A stretch of 32,000 nucleotides of DNA from Candidatus Nanosynbacter lyticus (GTDB taxonomy: Bacteria; Patescibacteriota; Saccharimonadia; Saccharimonadales; Saccharimonadaceae), in the NCBI RefSeq assembly GCF_000803625.1, contig NZ_CP007496.1, forward strand, positions 30,001-62,000. The letters run 5' to 3'. Numbering within the stretch: the first letter of the stretch is position 1; every line of letters starts with the position of its first letter. The notes under the pieces are model-generated. The model worked only from the letters and a program-made list of their open reading frames with translations, made no database searches and was not told the origin of the DNA. The position numbers and the translations under genes were made by a program. This document shows positions 26,934 through 32,000 of this stretch, piece after piece.

Positions 26934-27578
26934 ATGAAATACACCCAGCGACGCAATTCATTTTCTCGATTTGTACCAATCTTGCTAGTTATTGTCATTA
27001 CTATTGTGGCAGTGGCGGCGGTTATTGCAATTGGTCGAGCTTTATTTGGTAAAAATGATTCAGGACAAGCAGATCAGAATGTTAATACGGGTCAAGTTGC
27101 GCTGCTGTCAACAGAGGAAGGCAGTGCGGTGCGGTTAACAGTTCGTGGCCCAATTGTAGCTAATGAGAATTTTCGATCGTATAGTGTTGTTATCTCGCCA
27201 AGTTCTCGTGATATGACAACATACGAAGGTTATTTGGATAAAGAAATTAATCAGAAAAAATTAGACAACAATGTGAAGGCTTATGCGGAGTTGGTCTATG
27301 CGCTTGATAAGCGGAAAATGATGAATGGTACGCAACTTACTGAACAACAAAACGATTTACGCGGCATCTGTGCTAGTGGTAAAGTGTATAAATTTGAGAC
27401 ACTGAAGGATAATTCAGTCGTGAAGAGTTTATGGACGTCGGATTGTAGTGGCTCTAAGGGTTCGGCGCAGGCAAATGTTAATGAAATCTTAGATATGTTT
27501 TTGAAGCAAATTCCTGACGGCAAGAAGATGGCGGCTGGTATTGGTCTTAGTCAGGAAGAGGCGTTGTTTAAGTTATAG
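26934..27578 (+). CDS. hypothetical membrane-anchored protein
   Basis: N-terminal TM segment FVPILLVIVITIVAVAAVIAIGRALF followed by an extracytoplasmic-like domain. Confidence 0.6.
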   Translation: MKYTQRRNSFSRFVPILLVIVITIVAVAAVIAIGRALFGKNDSGQADQNVNTGQVALLSTEEGSAVRLTVRGPIVANENFRSYSVVISPSSRDMTTYEGYLDKEINQKKLDNNVKAYAELVYALDKRKMMNGTQLTEQQNDLRGICASGKVYKFETLKDNSVVKSLWTSDCSGSKGSAQANVNEILDMFLKQIPDGKKMAAGIGLSQEEALFKL

Positions 27579-27585
27579 GATTGAT

Positions 27586-28554
27586 ATGCCGGAACTACCT
27601 GAAGTTGAGACAGTGCGCCGCGGTTTGGCAGATTTACTGCCTGGCCAATCTGTAGTGCGAGCAAAAGTTTTTGACTCACCGAAGAGTTTTCCAAATTCGC
27701 CTGCTGATGTTGAGAAGTTTTTATACGGTGCGCGTGTAAGGGCGGTGCGACGGCGAGCAAAAGTATTAATGATTGATCTAGATACTAACTACTCGCTGGT
27801 AATTCATTTGAAGATGACAGGGCAACTTATTTTTCGTCAGGACTCTCGTCATGCTGCTCGGATATCCTCAAAAATATCTCGGGACCCACGTAAAGTTTCC
27901 CAAGATTCTTCTGGGGATACTACTCGCAACGTTGGAGAATTTGCTGGTGGTCATCCAAATGATAGTTTGATTGGCGAGTTACCTGATCGATCGACGCGAG
28001 TGCAGATTGATTTTGTGGATGGGTCGCGACTATTTTTTAACGATCAGCGCAAATTTGGTTGGATGAAGTTGCTGCCGACTGATGAGATAAAGAATCTGCC
28101 ATTTATGAAAAAAGTTGGACCAGAGCCTCTTGAGAAGGCAACTCGTGCTGAAGATTTTATTAAGCGGATTCGTCGTCGCCAAAATTCGATGATTAAGCCG
28201 GCATTTCTTGATCAGGCGGTAATTGCTGGGGTGGGTAATATTTACGCTGACGAGGCTTTGTGGGCAGCAAAAATTCACCCTCAAACTCGAGTGAGAAATG
28301 TTGGTGACGAGCAGCTGGCAACTTTATTTAATGAGTTGCGCCAGATTTTGCAATTAAGCATTGACCAGGGTGGTTCAACGGATAAAAATTATGTTGATGC
28401 TGAAGGTCGGAGGGGTAATTATCTGAAGTTTGCCCATGTATTTCGTCGGGAAGGCCAGCCGTGCCATCTTCATCCTGACCAGGAAATTGTGAAATTAAAA
28501 GTTTCTGGCCGTGGGACGCATGTTTGTCCGGTGTGTCAGGTAGAGGCAGAATGA
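27586..28554 (+). CDS. mutM: formamidopyrimidine-DNA glycosylase
   Basis: MPELPEVETVRRGL N-terminus, MTGQLIF, VAGVGNIYADEALWAAKIHP, DAEGRRGNYLKFAHVFRREGQPC, C-terminal zinc-finger-like GRGTHVCPVCQ; start placed at 27586. Confidence 0.93.
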   Translation: MPELPEVETVRRGLADLLPGQSVVRAKVFDSPKSFPNSPADVEKFLYGARVRAVRRRAKVLMIDLDTNYSLVIHLKMTGQLIFRQDSRHAARISSKISRDPRKVSQDSSGDTTRNVGEFAGGHPNDSLIGELPDRSTRVQIDFVDGSRLFFNDQRKFGWMKLLPTDEIKNLPFMKKVGPEPLEKATRAEDFIKRIRRRQNSMIKPAFLDQAVIAGVGNIYADEALWAAKIHPQTRVRNVGDEQLATLFNELRQILQLSIDQGGSTDKNYVDAEGRRGNYLKFAHVFRREGQPCHLHPDQEIVKLKVSGRGTHVCPVCQVEAE

Positions 28555-29450
28555 TCTATCTTCTTTATGGTGAAAATGAGTTTGAAAAGCGAGCAGCGCT
28601 AGCAGAGTTGATTGGCGGTGAGAACGTGGAGCGTCACGATGGCGAGAGTCTGTCGCTAAATGGTATGCAGGAAATAGCAATCGGTCAAACATTATTTATG
28701 GATTCCTCAAGATACTTGATTTCGAGATTAAGTGAAAATAATGAAGTTTGGTCGCAACTACCAGATATGAAGTTTGATGAAGATCGGACAATTATTCTGG
28801 TAGAAGATAAAATTGACAAGCGAACAAAAACCTACAAATGGCTTCAAAAAAATGCTCAGGTTAGAGAGTTTTTACCGTTAAGCGAGCGCCAAAAGTCACA
28901 ACTTTTAAAGTGGTGCCAAGCAGAGGTAAAAAATCGTGGATATGATTTAACGAATCAGCAGGCGGAGATAATTGTTGGCCGCTTAGGGTTTGATCAGTTG
29001 CGATTGAGTAATTTTCTGGATCAGCTAGCGTTAGCGGAGGACGTTACAGATGAATTGATTGATGATTTCATTCCGCTGGCGCGAGCAGAAAACGTATTTG
29101 ATTTGTTCGTTTCGGTGCTAGCAGGAGACCGCGATAAAGTTCACGACATAATTGGCTATCTGGAGTCGGAAAGTGGCATTGATGGTGCTTATCAGACAAT
29201 GGGATTATTAGCCTCTCAGGCAACCAATTTGACGGCGTTAATTTTAGCGGATGGTGATAGTGGTGCGGTGGCATCAGATTTTTCTGTTAATCCGTATGTT
29301 TTACGGCGATTGGCCTCATTGTCAAAAGGTATTGATAAAAAGCGGTTGAGGCGAATTAACGAGGCTTTATTTAGGGCTGATTTACAGATGAAAACAACCT
29401 CGGTCAATCCGTGGCTTCTTATAGAGGTGGCTTTGGCTGACATCGGCTAG
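28551..29450 (+). CDS. holA: DNA polymerase III delta subunit (HolA)-like protein
   Basis: MIYLLYGENEFEKRAAL, LSRLRL-type AAA+ delta-like pattern, ELIDDFIPLARAENVFDLFVSVLAGDRDKV; ATGA overlap with the mutM stop. Confidence 0.7.
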   Translation: MIYLLYGENEFEKRAALAELIGGENVERHDGESLSLNGMQEIAIGQTLFMDSSRYLISRLSENNEVWSQLPDMKFDEDRTIILVEDKIDKRTKTYKWLQKNAQVREFLPLSERQKSQLLKWCQAEVKNRGYDLTNQQAEIIVGRLGFDQLRLSNFLDQLALAEDVTDELIDDFIPLARAENVFDLFVSVLAGDRDKVHDIIGYLESESGIDGAYQTMGLLASQATNLTALILADGDSGAVASDFSVNPYVLRRLASLSKGIDKKRLRRINEALFRADLQMKTTSVNPWLLIEVALADIG

Positions 29451-29502
29451 CATAAAAACACCCCAGATAGACTGGAGTGTTATAAGAAAAATAACTAATG
29501 AA

Positions 29503-29871
29503 TTACTTTGTAGTTTTCTTGGCAGCCGACTTCTTTGCCGGAGCCTTTTTAGCTGTAGTTTTCTTAGCAGTTGCTGGTTTTTTAGTGGCAGCTGGCTTGA
29601 CAGCTGGCTTTTTGGCAGCTTCTAAAGTAACACCTGCTTTTTTAGCAATTTTGCTCAACGCGCTTTTTCGGCGAGCAGCAGTATTCTTTTTAATCAGGCC
29701 CTTTTTAACAGCGGCGTCGATTTCACTTTGAGCTGCAGAAAGTGTCTTGGCGCTTGGGGCTGCAGAGAAAGCCTTAACGGCAGTCTTGATATCTTTTTTA
29801 ATGCCGATATTGCGTTCACGGCGTTTTAGAGTTTGTTTAGCGCGCTTGATGGCGGATTTGATTATTGGCAT
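29503..29871 (-). CDS. rpsT: 30S ribosomal protein S20 with extended Lys/Ala/Pro-rich C-terminal tail
   Basis: MPIIKSAIKRAKQTLKRRERN...KTAVKAF...AQSEIDAAVKKGLIKKNTAARRKSALSKIAKK characteristic of bS20. Confidence 0.9.
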   Translation of the reverse strand: MPIIKSAIKRAKQTLKRRERNIGIKKDIKTAVKAFSAAPSAKTLSAAQSEIDAAVKKGLIKKNTAARRKSALSKIAKKAGVTLEAAKKPAVKPAATKKPATAKKTTAKKAPAKKSAAKKTTK

Positions 29872-29959
29872 GTTACTCCTTTACCTCTATAGATTTGTAT
29901 CGCTAATCAGGAAGAATTATACAGAAAACAGTGCAAATTGTAAAGAGGCGGTACAGATA

Positions 29960-29989
29960 TTGACTTTATGGTAGTGCTTATGGTATAGT
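29960..29989 (+). promoter_or_regulatory. putative promoter for the 30031 ORF
   Basis: -35 TTGACT (29960-29965), 18-bp spacer, -10 TATAGT (29984-29989). Confidence 0.55.
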
Positions 29990-30030
29990 GATGCCAAGCG
30001 TAATTACAAAAAACAAACATAGGAAAAGTC

Positions 30031-31728
30031 ATGTCAAACGGATCAGCAAAACAAAAAGTAGTCCAGAGCATCAAGGATGTAACTAATATTTTGGTGACGG
30101 TCAGCTCCAGTCCGTCAGTCGATGAATTATCGGCAGCATTAGGATTGACGATTTTCCTTAACAAACTTGGCAAACACGCTACAGCGGTGTTTAGTGGTGA
30201 TATTCCGCCAGCTATTACTTTTCTTAATCCTGATAAAACGTTTGAGCAGACAACAGATTCTTTACGTGATTTTATTATTGCCTTAGATAAGGAAAAGGCT
30301 GACCATTTGCGCTATAAACTTGTTGATGATGCGGTGAAGATCTTTATTACGCCATACCGAACGACGATTTCTGACAAAGATTTAGAATTCTCACAGGGTG
30401 ATTATAATGTTGAGTTAGTTTTGGCGTTGAATGTTGAGAATAGTGAAAGTATTGATACAGCGTTAACGGCACACGGTAAGATTTTGCATGATGCTACGGT
30501 TATCTCGATAACAGCGGGCGACGTAAAGAGCGGCTTGGGGTCGATTGATTGGCATGAGGGTAGTACTAGTGGCGTAAGTGAGATGATTGTTGAACTGATT
30601 AATGACTTGAAGACGCCGAAGGTAACTTTGGATGAACAGATGGCAACCGCACTGTTGACGGGAATTGTGGCCGTTACTGAGCGCTTTAGTAATGACAATA
30701 CTTCATCAAAGGTTATGACTACTGCAGCAGAACTGATGGCAGCAGGGGCAAATCAGCAATTAGTAATATCAAAGATTGCCGAGAGCGAGACAGAAGATAA
30801 GCCTAAGGAAATTGAACAAGTTAAAAAAGAAGTTCCAGCCAAAGACAAAGATGATTCATCCGAAGATAAGGCAGATGAAGTAGAGGAAGCCGAAGAATCA
30901 GAGCAGGCAGACGGAACGTTGTCAATTAGCCACGAAAAGAAGGGTGACGTTGATGAAGTAGCTGAGCAGACGGTAAAAGAAAAGCAGGAAGAGTCTGCTA
31001 GGGTTGCTGAAGAGAAATTAGCCAACATTAAGCCGATTAAGGAAGAAGTTCGAGTAGAGGAAGAGGAGCCTAGCGAAAAAATAGTCGCCAAAGAGCTTTC
31101 CTTTGAGGAAACGCCATTGATGGGTGGCACGCTAAATGCGACTACTACGCAGGCTGCCGAGGATAAGATAAGGGCGCTAGCTAGTGACCAGAATAAGACC
31201 ATCTTAACTCATAGTAAGTATGTGGGTGATAGCACACCATCATTTGGCGACACGCCGTTGAATGCGGCTATGGGGGCTTCTGACGAACCGCCAAAAATTG
31301 ACCCATTTGCTACAACTAACGCTGAACAAAGATTGTCGACAATACCTGTTGCTCCTCAATCTGATGAGTCAATTATTGCGGCAATTACCAATGATACAAA
31401 CCAACTAAGCGCGCCGGTAGCCGTAGAGCCAAATCAAGTTAGTGTCTCTCCTGAGCCTGTTCTAGCTGCTCCGTTACAACCTGAGAATACGGCTAACGAG
31501 ATTTCTTTACCGATGCCACCAGCAATTCCAGATTTTAGTGCACTGCCACCAATGCCACCAGCGCCAACCGGTGTTGATACCGCTGGATTACCGCAACTTT
31601 CGCCACTAGGCGTAGCGCCTGAACCGGTAGCTGCTGAAGTAGCTCCAGCACCGGCGCTGCCGACTCAGCCAATTCAAAATACCGGGGAATTTAATCCAGG
31701 TCAATTCCAGATTCCAGGGCAAAAATAG
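30031..31728 (+). CDS. DHH-phosphoesterase-like N-terminal domain fused to a long acidic, Pro-rich low-complexity region
   Basis: VQSIKDVTNILVTVSSSPSVDELSAALGLTIFLNKLGKHATAVFSG and STSGVSEMIVELI resemble DHH-family architecture; the C-terminal half is acidic, then Pro/Ala/Gln-rich. Confidence 0.65.
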   Translation: MSNGSAKQKVVQSIKDVTNILVTVSSSPSVDELSAALGLTIFLNKLGKHATAVFSGDIPPAITFLNPDKTFEQTTDSLRDFIIALDKEKADHLRYKLVDDAVKIFITPYRTTISDKDLEFSQGDYNVELVLALNVENSESIDTALTAHGKILHDATVISITAGDVKSGLGSIDWHEGSTSGVSEMIVELINDLKTPKVTLDEQMATALLTGIVAVTERFSNDNTSSKVMTTAAELMAAGANQQLVISKIAESETEDKPKEIEQVKKEVPAKDKDDSSEDKADEVEEAEESEQADGTLSISHEKKGDVDEVAEQTVKEKQEESARVAEEKLANIKPIKEEVRVEEEEPSEKIVAKELSFEETPLMGGTLNATTTQAAEDKIRALASDQNKTILTHSKYVGDSTPSFGDTPLNAAMGASDEPPKIDPFATTNAEQRLSTIPVAPQSDESIIAAITNDTNQLSAPVAVEPNQVSVSPEPVLAAPLQPENTANEISLPMPPAIPDFSALPPMPPAPTGVDTAGLPQLSPLGVAPEPVAAEVAPAPALPTQPIQNTGEFNPGQFQIPGQK

Positions 31729-31731
31729 TTG

Positions 31732-32000
31732 ATGGATGAAGTCATTCTTATAGATAAGCCACAAGGTTTGACTAGCTTTGGGGTGGTGGCGCGCTTGCGA
31801 CGAGTTTTATCTAATCAAGCGGGTAAGAAAGTGAAAGTTGGCCACACGGGTACGCTTGATCCGTTTGCGACAGGATTAATGATTATTGTGACAGGAAAGA
31901 AATGTCGGGAAGCCGAGACGTTTACTAAGCTAGATAAATGGTATGAGGCGGAGATTGTCTTAGGAGAGAAAAGCTCGACGGGTGATCCTGAGGGCGAAAT
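31732..32000 (+). CDS. truB: tRNA pseudouridine synthase B, 3'-truncated by window edge
   Basis: MDEVILIDKPQGLTSFGVVARLRR...KVGHTGTLDPFATGLMIIVTGKK; open to the window end. Confidence 0.9.
   Translation, partial: MDEVILIDKPQGLTSFGVVARLRRVLSNQAGKKVKVGHTGTLDPFATGLMIIVTGKKCREAETFTKLDKWYEAEIVLGEKSSTGDPEGE

Noticed and set aside
29498-29731. Plus-strand Ala/Phe/Leu-rich ORF (MNYFVVFLAADFFAGAFLAVVFL...)
   Set aside because: Antisense translation of the Lys/Ala-rich tail of rpsT, giving a spurious hydrophobic membrane-protein look.
1-32000. CRISPR arrays, transposons/IS elements, toxin-antitoxin or other defence modules
   Set aside because: No regularly spaced repeats, terminal inverted repeats, transposase/integrase motifs or recognisable defence genes were seen on reading both strands.

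Overview
The window is an ordinary bacterial housekeeping region. Its gene content, synteny and protein style are consistent with a Patescibacteria/CPR genome, most likely Saccharibacteria-like (lineage is inference), with the standard genetic code. In order it carries: 3' part of murE; murF (-); groES-groEL under a CIRCE operator; a hypothetical gene (-); a PGI/PMI-type SIS isomerase; a MacB-like ABC permease/ATPase pair (-); tRNA-Ser(GGA); an orphan ORF (-) and a ~0.5 kb non-coding gap; nrdA-nrdB; a PPOX-fold protein; two short unannotated ORFs; argS; mscL; a DEAH helicase; orn; a YjbR/MmcQ protein; dnaG; rpoD; a P-loop kinase-like gene (-); polA; mutM; a holA-like gene; rpsT (-); a degenerate DHH-like protein; and the 5' end of truB. 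No CRISPR array, mobile element or obvious defence system was recognised. The most interesting signal is in the ribonucleotide reductase region. NrdB has Phe where class Ia has the radical Tyr, with ligand spacing matching the Chlamydia class Ic enzyme. NrdA lacks the C-terminal Cys pair. A 59-aa ORF ending in ...ICDGCE lies just downstream. Both the nrdA promoter and the promoter of this small ORF have a pair of NrdR-box-like sites spaced exactly 32 bp start-to-start. I propose, as inference only, that the small protein replaces the missing NrdA redox tail in trans. Other observations are a DnaG whose zinc-ribbon ligands are all substituted, a Pol I with a degenerate proofreading domain and VHDS instead of VHDE in motif C, and Lys-rich tails on unrelated proteins.
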